64,000 nt of DNA. Origin: Bacteroidota bacterium (GTDB lineage Bacteria > Bacteroidota > Bacteroidia > AKYH767-A > 2013-40CM-41-45). Position 1 is the stretch's first letter; the number at the start of each line of letters is the position of its first letter. The notes under the pieces were generated by a model, which saw only the letters and a program-made list of their open reading frames with translations, did no database searches and had not been told where the DNA came from. Below, piece by piece: positions 46,547-56,492 of this stretch. A program made the translations under genes and the position numbers. The stretch is from positions 1,491 through 65,490 of the forward strand of contig JANOVM010000024.1 of the NCBI GenBank assembly GCA_031417395.1, in the 5' to 3' direction.

Positions 46547-48046
46547 TTAGTTTTCAGGAAAATAAATATCAAACGTTGCGCCTTTCTTTAACTCGCTTGT
46601 TGCAATGATAATGCCGCTGTGATTCTCAACTATTTTTTTTACGATGGCAAGTCCGATGCCAGTGCCTCCATATACTTCTTTGCCGTGAAGTTTTTGAAAC
46701 ACTTCAAAAATCCGTTCGCTGAAATGAGATTCAAAGCCAATGCCGTTATCTTTGACGGTTATATGGCAATAATCTTTTTCAGGTGAAAGTTTTTCGCTAA
46801 TTAATTTATTGCCTTTTACTATGCCGCTCTTTATAATGATGTGTGAGTGTATGTCGGGCTGTGAAAATTTAAGGGCATTGCTTATAAGGTTGTACATAAG
46901 CTGGCGAAACTGAAAAGCGATTATGTTGGCAGTGCCGAGTTCAGTGGCTTCGATGGTGGCGTGCTTTTCCTGGATGGTATCCTTTAGTTCGGATTTTACT
47001 TCTTCTACAATTATTTTTAGGTCTGTCTTTTCAAACTTGAGCTCAGTAGTGGCAATGCGGGAGAAGGCAAGTAAATCGTCAATGAGTTGTTGCATTCTTC
47101 CGGCTGCTAATTGCATCCGCTGAAAATTATATTTGCCATTGTCAGTCAGCGTTTCTTTTTCCAATAAGATAGTTGCAAAGGTTTGTATTTTGCGCAATGG
47201 CTCCTGCAAATCATGACTCGATATATAGGTGAATGCAAGCAATTCTTTATTAGCAATAATTAACTCAGCGGCACGTTTTCCCTTCTCTTCGTTTTGGAAG
47301 GCAAGTTCTTTGTTAGCTATGATTAATTCTGCTGCCCGTTTTTCTTTTTCTTCGTTTTGAAAAGCAAGTTCTTTGTTGGCAATGCCTAACTCTGCCGCTC
47401 TTTTTTCTTTTTCCTCGTTTTGAAAGGCAAGTTCTTTATTGGCAATTCCCAGCTCTGCTGCCCGTTTTTCTTTTTCTTCGTTTTGAAAGGCAAGTTCTTT
47501 GTTGGCAATGATTAATTCTTCTGCCCGTTTTTCTTTCTCCTTGTTTTGAAAGATAAGTTCTTTGTTGGCAATGCCCAGCTCTGCTGCACGCTTTTCTTTC
47601 TCCGCATTTTGAAAGATAAGTTCTTTGTTGGCAATGCCCAGTTCTGCTGCACGCTTTTCTTTCTCTATGTTTTGAAAAACAAGTTCTTTATTGGCAATGC
47701 TTAACTCTGCTGCCCGCTTCCCTTTTTCTTCGTCTTCGAAGACAAGTTCTTTGTTGGCAATGCCTAGCTCTGCGGCACGTTTTCCCTTTTCTTCATCCTG
47801 AAAGGCAAGTTCTATGTTGGCAATGCCCAACTCTGCTGCACGTTTTCCCTTTTCCTCGTCCTGAAAGGCAAGCTCTATGTTGGCAATGCCTAACTCAGCT
47901 GCTCGTTTCACTTTCTCTTCTTTCTGAAAGACAAGTTCTTTGCGGGCAATAATTAACTCTGCTAAAAGCTTTTCATATTCTTCTTTTTGAAAAGCAAGTT
48001 CTGCGCGAACAATAGTTACCTCATCTGTATTCTTTGTTTTAATCAT
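46547..48046 (-). CDS. Cytoplasmic histidine kinase (phytochrome/Cph1-like HisKA-HATPase) whose N-terminal half is a 21-aa coiled-coil repeat array
   Basis: SHDLQEPLRK H-box, NLISNALKF, DNGIGF, GTGIGLAI. Confidence 0.92.
   Translation of the reverse strand: MIKTKNTDEVTIVRAELAFQKEEYEKLLAELIIARKELVFQKEEKVKRAAELGIANIELAFQDEEKGKRAAELGIANIELAFQDEEKGKRAAELGIANKELVFEDEEKGKRAAELSIANKELVFQNIEKEKRAAELGIANKELIFQNAEKEKRAAELGIANKELIFQNKEKEKRAEELIIANKELAFQNEEKEKRAAELGIANKELAFQNEEKEKRAAELGIANKELAFQNEEKEKRAAELIIANKELAFQNEEKGKRAAELIIANKELLAFTYISSHDLQEPLRKIQTFATILLEKETLTDNGKYNFQRMQLAAGRMQQLIDDLLAFSRIATTELKFEKTDLKIIVEEVKSELKDTIQEKHATIEATELGTANIIAFQFRQLMYNLISNALKFSQPDIHSHIIIKSGIVKGNKLISEKLSPEKDYCHITVKDNGIGFESHFSERIFEVFQKLHGKEVYGGTGIGLAIVKKIVENHSGIIIATSELKKGATFDIYFPEN
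47261..48016 (-). repeat. 12 tandem 63-bp coding repeats (consensus xIANKELAFQNEEKEKRAAEL)
   Basis: Counted directly in the protein and the DNA. Confidence 0.95.
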
Positions 48047-48084
48047 TTGCTGGTCTGATTATGGTGTTTGGTTTAATTTATCCT

Positions 48085-48588
48085 CTAATCAATTGAACTG
48101 TTTTGTACTGTGAGCACAAACCTTTCCCTCGCCGGTTGTGAAATATTTCCTTTCTTATCATAGGGCAGTTCTTGCATAATAAGCGCAAGCGTTTGTTGAA
48201 TTACTTTTTTGAATATTAAAAATTCAGGGGGCTTGCGAATAAAGTAGTGAGCACCATTATTGTAAAGCAGGTTCACTACCTCCTTTTCATAGGACGTGGA
48301 GAACATTATGACAGGAAAGTGCTTCAGTTTACTGTTGAGTTTCATTTCCATTAAACATTCCTTGCCGTTTTTGCGTGGCATATTGATGTCAAGGAAAAGC
48401 ACATCAGGAAGTAAAGGAGAAAAATTTTGCTCCCTAACTTCCTGGGTCAGGTAATGCATGAGTTGTTCCCCGTCATTCACGGTAGTAAGCTTCGTAGGCA
48501 TAAGTAATTCTTCGACTGCTTCTTTAAAAAAGAGGCAATCGTCCGTGTCGTCATCGGCAAGCAATATATTTAGTTGTTTTAGGTTCAA
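48085..48588 (-). CDS. Single-domain response regulator (Rcp1-like)
   Basis: LLADDDTDD, FLDINMPRKNG, FST, RKP. Confidence 0.9.
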   Translation of the reverse strand: MNLKQLNILLADDDTDDCLFFKEAVEELLMPTKLTTVNDGEQLMHYLTQEVREQNFSPLLPDVLFLDINMPRKNGKECLMEMKLNSKLKHFPVIMFSTSYEKEVVNLLYNNGAHYFIRKPPEFLIFKKVIQQTLALIMQELPYDKKGNISQPARERFVLTVQNSSID

Positions 48589-48821
48589 GCGTTAAGGAAG
48601 TATTTTAACGGGCCGTGTGAAAATATTTTATCTACAGCAATAGGGAGTGCATGATGAAGTATTTGTTTGAGCTGCTCAAAATCATTGGGCTTGTGAATAT
48701 AAACATGTGCTCCGCTTTTGAAGAGCATGTTTATAGTATCCCACGATTTGGAGGTGGAGAACATAACTACAGGAATGTCTTTTAGTTTTTCATTTTTAAG
48801 TGTACTAATCAAGAATTTCAC
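48585..48821 (-). pseudogene. N-terminally deleted receiver domain remnant
   Basis: Only the C-terminal half of a REC domain is present (NEKLKDIPVVMFSTS..YIHKP), starting a few bases after the upstream stop. The acidic pocket and phospho-Asp are missing. Confidence 0.7.
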
Positions 48822-49260
48822 CTTTATCTGTCAGAGGATCTTTTTTCTGCAGTTTTATTATCACCTTATAAATAATCTGCTTAAACTGTTCAAAATTACT
48901 GGGCTTGCGGATATATTCTTCTGCTCCGATCCATGTGAGCGTATTCGCCAAGCCTTGTTCTAAGCTAATACCCTTTCCAAATGATATGGTAAATACAATA
49001 ACAGGAAGATTTTTAAGTGTTTCGTTTTCTTTTATTTCGGTTAAACATTCGAAACCTGTTTTGCGGGGCATATTCAGGTCGAGAAAAAGAACATCAGGGA
49101 GATTTGCTGAATTTTTATCCAGGTATTTCATCAGTTCTTCTCCATCATGCACGGTAGTAAGGTGCGTGTCAAGTTGCAATTCTTCCAATGCTTTTTTAAA
49201 AAAAATGCAATCGTCAGTATCGTCATCGGCAAGCAGGACGTTAAAAAGTTTTGAATTCAC
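48805..49260 (-). CDS. Single-domain response regulator (Rcp1-like)
   Basis: LLADDDTDD, FLDLNMPRKTG, YIRKP; GTG start. Confidence 0.88.
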   Translation of the reverse strand: MNSKLFNVLLADDDTDDCIFFKKALEELQLDTHLTTVHDGEELMKYLDKNSANLPDVLFLDLNMPRKTGFECLTEIKENETLKNLPVIVFTISFGKGISLEQGLANTLTWIGAEEYIRKPSNFEQFKQIIYKVIIKLQKKDPLTDKGEILD

Positions 49261-49409
49261 TTTATAAATTTAGTATTTAAGAGTATGTTTAAACCTCATA
49301 TTAACTCTTTCACAGTCATGAAATCGACCGGAAATAATAATACACTCTTCAGCTTAGGGTAAATTAGATTTTACGTTCTACAAGTAACTCATCTTTGGAT
49401 TCTAATTTG

Positions 49410-49438
49410 CTACATAACTATTAAAATAAGTTACATAA
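49410..49438 (-). promoter_or_regulatory. 21-bp-spaced direct repeat upstream of the REC-REC-REC-HK operon
   Basis: Minus strand TTATGTAA-N13-TTATGTAG. Confidence 0.45.
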
Positions 49439-49626
49439 TTCACACATTTGTCAATACATCTCCAACTGTCGAAGCAGCATTCATACAACATGAAGATTAA
49501 GAAATGTGACCCAATAGGATGGAACTGTAAGTACTGACTGGATTTGAAATGTTGGAAAAAAATTTGCAGAGTGAAACCAGTTCTTGATGTATCCTGCTGT
49601 GAAGAATTTCCTTTGATTTAATAATT

Positions 49627-50121
49627 CTATTTATTGGACTGAATATTTTCAAGTTTTAAGATGTACTGATAGCATATGTAAAGCGGAATTATTCCCAAAA
49701 CGCCAAAAGAACAATCTATTATCCTCCAATAAAATGGAATGTGCCTGATTGGTCCGCATAGGAGGGCAAGAGGAATAACCATGAGACAAGCATACATTCC
49801 GAATTGTATTACCCAGATATTTCTTACCGGGTCTTTCAGGGGGCCGATGAAAGCAACAGCAATTACCAGGTGAGCGAAAGCAAGCCAATCGGTTCCATAG
49901 GACATATAAGGGTATTTGGTATTGGTTTCTTTAATCGCTTCATAGACACTGCTGATCCATGAACTAATAAACGTTGGCGCATTTTTAGTTAAATCGGTAA
50001 GAATAGATAATTCCCACTCTAAGGGAAAAGCAGTTATTCCACTAAGCGAGAGGAAGACAATAAATAAGATAATTAATATTTTAATTTTTCTGCGGAGTTG
50101 ACTTTCTTCCGGTAATTTCAT
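49627..50121 (-). CDS. Conserved 4-TM membrane protein of unknown function
   Basis: SGITAFPL, YGTDWLAFAH, DPVRNIW, DCSFG. Confidence 0.75.
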   Translation of the reverse strand: MKLPEESQLRRKIKILIILFIVFLSLSGITAFPLEWELSILTDLTKNAPTFISSWISSVYEAIKETNTKYPYMSYGTDWLAFAHLVIAVAFIGPLKDPVRNIWVIQFGMYACLMVIPLALLCGPIRHIPFYWRIIDCSFGVLGIIPLYICYQYILKLENIQSNK

Positions 50122-50173
50122 AAGTGAAGATATTTATTTATATTAGAGGTCAATTAACCTAAACTAAATTAAT

Positions 50174-53044
50174 ATGAAAATAGCATTACTAAATCGTTTG
50201 AAGTATCTTTTTATTTTGATTTTTCTAACAAATAGTTTGTTTGCTCAAAGCCAGAAATACTATAGAATTCAACTAACTCTGTCACCCTCGGAATTTCGAA
50301 GTTTAATGCAGGCAGGAATGGATATTGATCACTTCCAATATCAAAATGATATTCTTATTGCAGATGTATCCGAAGCAGATATTCAATTAATAAAACAAAG
50401 AAGGATTAATATAAAATACCTGATAAAGGACATAGGAAAAAATATTAATCGATACAATAGAAAGATTGATAGGAAAGCGGCAAGAAGTGGAACATCCTTG
50501 TCATTAGCTGTACCTACACCCTCTAATTTTGGCACAGGAGGAAGTTACGGTCCTGCGGGAAGTGTAACGCGTCATTTTACATTTCAAGAAATGCAAAATG
50601 AATTAGATGAAATGCGCACTCTTTTTCCAAATTTGATTACCGTTAAATCAAGTTTAGGGACAACAGATCAGGGGCGCCCGCTTTTAATGGTTCGCATTAG
50701 TGACAATGCTGATGTAGATGAAAACGAACCGGAGATTTTTCTAAATGCCGTGCATCATGCCCGTGAGCCTATAAGTATGACGCAATTAATTTTCTTTATG
50801 TGGCATTTACTTGAAAACTATGCTTCGAATAAGGAGATTCAAACATTGGTTAATAGTACTGAACTATATATTGTGCCTTGTGTAAATCCCGATGGTTATG
50901 TTTATAATGCAACAAACAATAACACCGGCGGTGGAATGTGGCGAAAAAACAGGCATGACAACGGCAACGGTTCCTTTGGTGTTGATAATAACAGGAATTA
51001 CAGTTATGGCTGGGGACTTAACAATGGATCATCAACTTCAACAAGCTCGGATACGTACCGGGGAACGGCACCTTTTTCAGAAGTAGAGAATATTGCAATT
51101 AGGAATTTTTGTAATTCACGAAGTTTTGTATCAGAATTTAATTGTCATTCTTATGGAAACTACTGTATATATCCTTACTCTTATGTCGGAGTAAATAATA
51201 ATCCGGAGATTCCATTATTTACCCAGTTATCTTCCTTTCTCACTTCTGACAATGGTTTTACCTATGGAAATTCTTCTGCAACAGTAAATTATATTGCAAG
51301 CGGTGTTGCGGAAGATTGGGCTTATGGTGAACAAACCACAAAGGGGAAAATGTATGGATTTACACCGGAAGTAGGAGCAGGAACAGATGGATTTTATCCT
51401 GCGTCTTCTCGTATTCTCCCGCTATGCAATTCCATGGTTGAGATGAATAAGAATTTAATGAAGGTTTCAACAGCATATGGTGATGTTTCTACTTCAGCAC
51501 CTTCCGTAATATCGGGATTAAGCGGCTCTATTCCTTTCAGTTTAAAACATTATGGTATTTATCCTGCCTCGTATATAGTTTCTCTTACGCCAATTTCAAC
51601 CTTTGTTTCCTATGTAGATGCTCCCAAAAACATTTCCGGCTCAACAATTTTTCAAATTCAAAACGATGTATTTAATTTTTCTATAGACCCATTAACACCT
51701 ATAGGAAGTGCAATTCTTTTTGAAGTAGGCACAGACAATGGTTATTGTGTCATGAGGGATACTATTTCAATGACTTATACCTGTGCGTCTCCCGGAGGTA
51801 CTTCTACAACAGGAATAACAACTAATTCTGCCAATATAAGCTGGAACGGTATTTCCGGAGTGACTGATTATTATATTTCTTCAAAACTTGCTTCTTCCTC
51901 AATATGGGATGCCGATGTTTTGGTTTCGGGCAGTACTTCAGCAATACTTTCATTATTATTACCTAATACTGCATATAATTGGAGGGTTCGCGAAATAAAC
52001 TGTGCAACATATTCAGCCATACAAAGTTTTACCACGCAGCAGGTTTGTGGTGTTCCATCACCGACAGCTTCATCTGTTACATCAAGTGGGTTTACATTGA
52101 GCTGGCCTATAATTTCAAGTGCAACAACTTATGATGTTAGGATAAGACAACAGGGAACGATTACATGGACAACATCAACTGTTTCTGTTAACGTCCAGTC
52201 GTATTCCGGTTTATTATCTAATACTGTTTATGAATTTGAGGTAAATGCAACCTGTCCCTCCGGAACCAGCTCATTTTCTTTAACTCAAACGGTTTCTACT
52301 TTAATAATTCCAACGACAGTTTATTGTAATTCAAATGGAAATAATGCTACAAAAGAATGGATCGATTTTATTCAATTGGGTTCTATTGCCAGAACTTCAG
52401 GATCAGAGCCGGGAGGATATAAAAATACTGGCTTAACAGCAAATTTAGTTCGGGGGAGTGCTTACACACTTACATACAGTACAGGCTTCAGTTCAACCAT
52501 TCGAAAAGAATACTGGAGAGTTTATATTGATTACAATGGCGACGGAGATTTCACGGATGCAGGTGAATCAATATTAAATACTTCTAAAACAGGAAGTGGG
52601 AATTTCACAGGTGTATTTACGGTTCCTGCAACTGCTTCATTGACAACAACCCGCATGCGAGTAAAAATGAGCCGTAATTCAATTTCTTCTTCATGCGGAT
52701 CATTTTCAAGCGGAGAGGTTGAGGATTATACTATTGTTGTTTCTGCTCCTCCCATTGCTTTTTCAAAGAATGTCGTGAACGAATTAAATGGAGCATCTGA
52801 TTCATGGAAAATTGATGTGGTACCAAATCCAATTAAAGATGAAATAAATATTTCATTAAGTGATACCTATAGCCAAAATACTGATATAACTTTATTCGAT
52901 GTTAATGGCAGGATAATTTTGAGTCATTCATTAAGTAAAAATGATTTAAATTATCAACTCAATGTTCCTGACCTTGCAAATGGAATGTATTTCTTGTTGT
53001 TTCAAAATGGAGATTTGAAGAAGACTATTAAAATTATTAAATAA
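50174..53044 (+). CDS. M14 zinc carboxypeptidase (carboxypeptidase T-like) with FN3 x2, GEVED and T9SS CTD
   Basis: HHARE, NPDGY, WRKNR, GVDNNRNY, HSY, TPEVG; GEVEDY; PNP CTD. Confidence 0.93.
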   Translation: MKIALLNRLKYLFILIFLTNSLFAQSQKYYRIQLTLSPSEFRSLMQAGMDIDHFQYQNDILIADVSEADIQLIKQRRINIKYLIKDIGKNINRYNRKIDRKAARSGTSLSLAVPTPSNFGTGGSYGPAGSVTRHFTFQEMQNELDEMRTLFPNLITVKSSLGTTDQGRPLLMVRISDNADVDENEPEIFLNAVHHAREPISMTQLIFFMWHLLENYASNKEIQTLVNSTELYIVPCVNPDGYVYNATNNNTGGGMWRKNRHDNGNGSFGVDNNRNYSYGWGLNNGSSTSTSSDTYRGTAPFSEVENIAIRNFCNSRSFVSEFNCHSYGNYCIYPYSYVGVNNNPEIPLFTQLSSFLTSDNGFTYGNSSATVNYIASGVAEDWAYGEQTTKGKMYGFTPEVGAGTDGFYPASSRILPLCNSMVEMNKNLMKVSTAYGDVSTSAPSVISGLSGSIPFSLKHYGIYPASYIVSLTPISTFVSYVDAPKNISGSTIFQIQNDVFNFSIDPLTPIGSAILFEVGTDNGYCVMRDTISMTYTCASPGGTSTTGITTNSANISWNGISGVTDYYISSKLASSSIWDADVLVSGSTSAILSLLLPNTAYNWRVREINCATYSAIQSFTTQQVCGVPSPTASSVTSSGFTLSWPIISSATTYDVRIRQQGTITWTTSTVSVNVQSYSGLLSNTVYEFEVNATCPSGTSSFSLTQTVSTLIIPTTVYCNSNGNNATKEWIDFIQLGSIARTSGSEPGGYKNTGLTANLVRGSAYTLTYSTGFSSTIRKEYWRVYIDYNGDGDFTDAGESILNTSKTGSGNFTGVFTVPATASLTTTRMRVKMSRNSISSSCGSFSSGEVEDYTIVVSAPPIAFSKNVVNELNGASDSWKIDVVPNPIKDEINISLSDTYSQNTDITLFDVNGRIILSHSLSKNDLNYQLNVPDLANGMYFLLFQNGDLKKTIKIIK

Positions 53045-53063
53045 AAATTGCATGCGAATTGTT

Positions 53064-53094
53064 AAAAAAGGGACAGTTAATCTGTCCTTTTTTT
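53064..53094 (+). terminator. Intrinsic (bidirectional) terminator
   Basis: AAAAAAGGGACAG-TTAAT-CTGTCCTTTTTTT. Confidence 0.85.
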
Positions 53095-53176
53095 GTGAAG
53101 AAATTTTGGGCAACAACAATAAATAATATTTTAAAACATTGAATATCAATTATATAAAAATAATTTATTTATAATG

Positions 53177-53270
53177 TGTACTATATTTCCATCATTAATA
53201 TAAAAAAATTATATTTGTGATGGAAATATCCATCAAATAAATATTTTCAATTTGATGGATATTTACATCA
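53177..53270 (+). promoter_or_regulatory. hipBA promoter with 18-bp palindromic operators
   Basis: TGATGGAAATATCCATCA (53218), TGATGGATATTTACATCA (53253), half-site ending TTTCCATCA (53194); -7 TATATTTG at 53210. Confidence 0.75.
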
Positions 53271-53295
53271 TTAATTACGTATTAGACTATTAATA

Positions 53296-53646
53296 ATGGA
53301 AAAAGACAACAAAAATTGGTATGGAATGAGTGATTCTGTCGTTCTGGAAGTATTTGGGAATTTCATTCAACAAAATCGTTTGATGCAGAATAAAACTCAG
53401 CAGGAGGTATCGAAAGCTGCAGGAATCAATAGGTCTACCATGGTCCAAATCGAAAATGGTGGAGGTGGAACCTTGCGTTCCTTTATTCAGATATTAAGAG
53501 CACTGGAGCAATTGCATTTGCTAAAACATTTTGAAGTGGTGCAGCAGATTAGTCCGCTGCAATTAGCAAAGATGGAAATGAATAAAAGAAAAAGAGCAAG
53601 CAGCAAAAAGGGGAGTGCTAACGATAAACCATCAAGCGACTGGTAA
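53296..53646 (+). CDS. hipB: XRE-family HTH antitoxin (HipB-like)
   Basis: TQQEVSKAAGINRSTMVQIENG HTH; stop overlaps the hipA start. Confidence 0.85.
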   Translation: MEKDNKNWYGMSDSVVLEVFGNFIQQNRLMQNKTQQEVSKAAGINRSTMVQIENGGGGTLRSFIQILRALEQLHLLKHFEVVQQISPLQLAKMEMNKRKRASSKKGSANDKPSSDW

Positions 53647-54938
53647 TGATTACTACTGCTTTCATCAATTTATGGAATAAGCGTGTTGGAGCAATTGCAT
53701 GGGATAGAAATACCGGTATTTCTTCGTTTGAATATGCTCCTTCATTTCTATCAAACAATTGGGATATTGCTCCTTTGAAAATGCCTATTGCTGGAGCTGA
53801 AAAAAGAATTTTTTCTTTTCGGGAATTAAGAGACAGTACAACGTTTAAGGGTTTACCGGGATTGCTTGCCGATGTATTGCCGGATAAATACGGCAATGCA
53901 ATGATTAATGCCTGGCTATCAAAAAATGGAAGGCCTGCTGATAGTCTTAACCCCGTCGAACTACTTTGCTTTATAGGTAAGCGGGGAATGGGTGCTTTAG
54001 AATTCGAGCCTGTAGAGCCATCTGTTAAAAATTCAGCTTCAAAAATTGAGCTGGATGGTTTGGTTCATATAGCCGGTGAAATTCTTGCAGGCCGACAAGA
54101 TTTTAATACAAACTTTTCTGATGCCGATGAAAACGCTCTGCTTGATATTTTAAAAATCGGTACCTCTGCCGGAGGCGCAAGGGCAAAAGCAATCATAACA
54201 TACAATACCGCTACAAAGGAAATTCGATCGGGACAAGCAGATGCTCCCAAAGGATTCTCGCATTGGCTTATTAAATTTGATGGTGTTGCAGATCAGCAAT
54301 TAGGTACAACGAACGGTTACGGCAGGGTTGAAATGGCATATTCCCTAATGGCTAAGGAAGCACAAATTGAAATGTCAGAGTGCATGCTTCTTGAAGAAAA
54401 TAACAGAGCTCATTTTATGACCAAACGTTTTGACAGGGAGCATGGTATTGGTAAACTTCATGTACAGAGCTTTTGTGCTATTGCGCATTATGATTTCAAT
54501 GATGTTAGTTCATATAGCTATGAACAATTGTTTGAAACCATGAGAATGATCCATCTCCCTTATACCGATGCCGAACAATTATACAGAAGAATGGTATTTA
54601 ATGTAATGGCCAGAAATTGTGACGATCACACCAAGAATTTTGCTTTCAAAATGGACAAAACGGGCAAGTGGAGGTTAGCGCCTGCATTTGATGTTTGTCA
54701 TTCGTATCGTCCGGGAAGCGCATGGGTAAGTCAGCAGTCTTTAAGCATTAATAACAAACGGCAGGGTATAAGCCGAGAAGATTTACTCTCTGTAGCAAAA
54801 AAAATGAATATAAAGAAAGCATCTGCAATAATTGATCAGGTAAGGGAAGCTGTTAATAAATGGAGTTATTTTGCTTCTCTTACCCATGTGAAGGAGGATT
54901 TAAAAAAAGCAGTGGAAAAAACACTTTTACTTTTATAA
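53646..54938 (+). CDS. hipA: HipA-family Ser/Thr kinase toxin
   Basis: HipA N-terminal domain (LPDKYG); SAGGARAK P-loop; WLIKFD; KRFDR; NCDDHTKNF; LAPAFD. Confidence 0.95.
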   Translation: MITTAFINLWNKRVGAIAWDRNTGISSFEYAPSFLSNNWDIAPLKMPIAGAEKRIFSFRELRDSTTFKGLPGLLADVLPDKYGNAMINAWLSKNGRPADSLNPVELLCFIGKRGMGALEFEPVEPSVKNSASKIELDGLVHIAGEILAGRQDFNTNFSDADENALLDILKIGTSAGGARAKAIITYNTATKEIRSGQADAPKGFSHWLIKFDGVADQQLGTTNGYGRVEMAYSLMAKEAQIEMSECMLLEENNRAHFMTKRFDREHGIGKLHVQSFCAIAHYDFNDVSSYSYEQLFETMRMIHLPYTDAEQLYRRMVFNVMARNCDDHTKNFAFKMDKTGKWRLAPAFDVCHSYRPGSAWVSQQSLSINNKRQGISREDLLSVAKKMNIKKASAIIDQVREAVNKWSYFASLTHVKEDLKKAVEKTLLLL

Positions 54939-54988
54939 ACAATAAATTTTGTCTATAATTATGCTTTTAATATTTTACTTTTGAATTA

Positions 54989-55801
54989 ATGAATTGGCGT
55001 TTATTTAACATGATATCTGTTGAAGGTTGGTCTAGTGCCAATAATGCAAAGAGAACAGAATTGGTTTTTGAATTCCGTAATAAAAGTTACGGTGCTTATT
55101 TATTAAGAAAAAAATATACCAGGCGGCTATTAATTGCTTTTGTCATTACATGTTTTGGGACCGGAATATTATTCTCGGTTCCATTATTGATTTATTATTT
55201 TAATAAAACAAATAATGAACTAAAATTAAAAATGGAGGACAGCATTTTGCTTGAAGAACCGCCGCCTATTGATAAAAATGCTGCACCACTGCCGCCTGTT
55301 ATTCCGCCTCCGCCTGTGCAGCAAACAATAAAATTTACTCCTCCAAAAATTGTGAAGGATGAAGAAGTTGTCGATCCTCCTCCCACACAAGAAGAAACAA
55401 AAGATGTTCAGGTAAGTACGCAAACACAGGACGGAGACAAAGATTTTATTGACCTGCCGCCTGACCCTTCAATAAATAACGATGACGATAAAGTATTTTC
55501 AATTGTGGAGGAAAATCCATCTTTTCCGGGTGGAGAAAGTAAATTGATGGAGTATCTTTCAAAAATAAAATATCCTGTGATTGCCAGAGAAGAACAAATC
55601 TCAGGATGGGTTGTTGTTTCATTCATCGTTGATAAAACAGGAAAAATCAAAGATGCGAAGGTTTTGAAAGGAATAGGAGGCGGATGCAATGAAGAGGCCT
55701 TAAAAAAAATAATGTCAATGCCTGATTGGATTCCAGGGCGTCAAAATGGACGTAATGTAATGGTCAGAACAGTTTTAAGAGTTAATTTTACCCTTAATTA
55801 A
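54989..55801 (+). CDS. tonB: Energy transducer TonB
   Basis: VFE.RNK.YGAY.LR N-terminus, TM helix, Pro-rich linker, PSFPGG / YP.IA / EEA C-domain. Confidence 0.9.
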   Translation: MNWRLFNMISVEGWSSANNAKRTELVFEFRNKSYGAYLLRKKYTRRLLIAFVITCFGTGILFSVPLLIYYFNKTNNELKLKMEDSILLEEPPPIDKNAAPLPPVIPPPPVQQTIKFTPPKIVKDEEVVDPPPTQEETKDVQVSTQTQDGDKDFIDLPPDPSINNDDDKVFSIVEENPSFPGGESKLMEYLSKIKYPVIAREEQISGWVVVSFIVDKTGKIKDAKVLKGIGGGCNEEALKKIMSMPDWIPGRQNGRNVMVRTVLRVNFTLN

Positions 55802-55811
55802 TTTTTTTATT

Positions 55812-56444
55812 ATGGCTAAAAAAGACAAACGTATTGATGAGTACATTGCAAAAGCTCAACCTTTCGCAAAACCGATATTAAAGCATCTTCGTAAATTAAT
55901 TCACTCCGCTTGTCCTGAAGTTGAAGAGACAATTAAATGGAGTTTTGCTTGCTTCGAATATAAAGGACCTTTATGCAGTTTTGCAGCTTTTAAACAACAT
56001 TGTGCATTTGGATTCTGGAAATCCGCATTGCTTAATGATCCTAAAAAGGTACTTCAGGAAAGGGCTAATAAAGGAGGGGAAGCAATGGGAAATTTGGGAA
56101 AAATTAAATCCCTGGAAGATCTTCCTGCTGATGCGGTAATTATTAATTTAATTAAACAGGCCCAAAAACTCAATGATGACGGCATTAAACTTCCGCCAGG
56201 GAATAAAGTAAGCGAAAAAGAAAAGAAAGAACTTGAAGTTCCTAAAGAACTAGTATCTGCTTTGAAAAAAAATAAAAAAGCAAAAGAAACATTTGAAGCA
56301 TTTTCTTATTCACATAAAAAGGAATATGTGGAATGGATACAAGAAGCAAAGACGGAGGTTACCAGAAACAAACGAATTACCACTGCCATTGAAATGCTTG
56401 AAAATGGTAAATCCCGCAATTGGAAGTATGAGAAGAAAAAATAA
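55812..56444 (+). CDS. YdeI/OmpD-associated family protein (DUF1801 + OmdA)
   Basis: EETIKW, FKQHCAFGFW, SHKKEYVEWI.EAK..TR.KRI. Confidence 0.88.
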   Translation: MAKKDKRIDEYIAKAQPFAKPILKHLRKLIHSACPEVEETIKWSFACFEYKGPLCSFAAFKQHCAFGFWKSALLNDPKKVLQERANKGGEAMGNLGKIKSLEDLPADAVIINLIKQAQKLNDDGIKLPPGNKVSEKEKKELEVPKELVSALKKNKKAKETFEAFSYSHKKEYVEWIQEAKTEVTRNKRITTAIEMLENGKSRNWKYEKKK

Positions 56445-56492
56445 ACTTCTTTTTTAATTCTGACTATGTTTTAATAACTAATAATTGAAATT

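Noticed and set aside
47261-48016. 63-bp tandem array as CRISPR or non-coding satellite
   Set aside because: It has no unique spacers and is fully in frame with the histidine kinase, with mostly synonymous or conservative variation.
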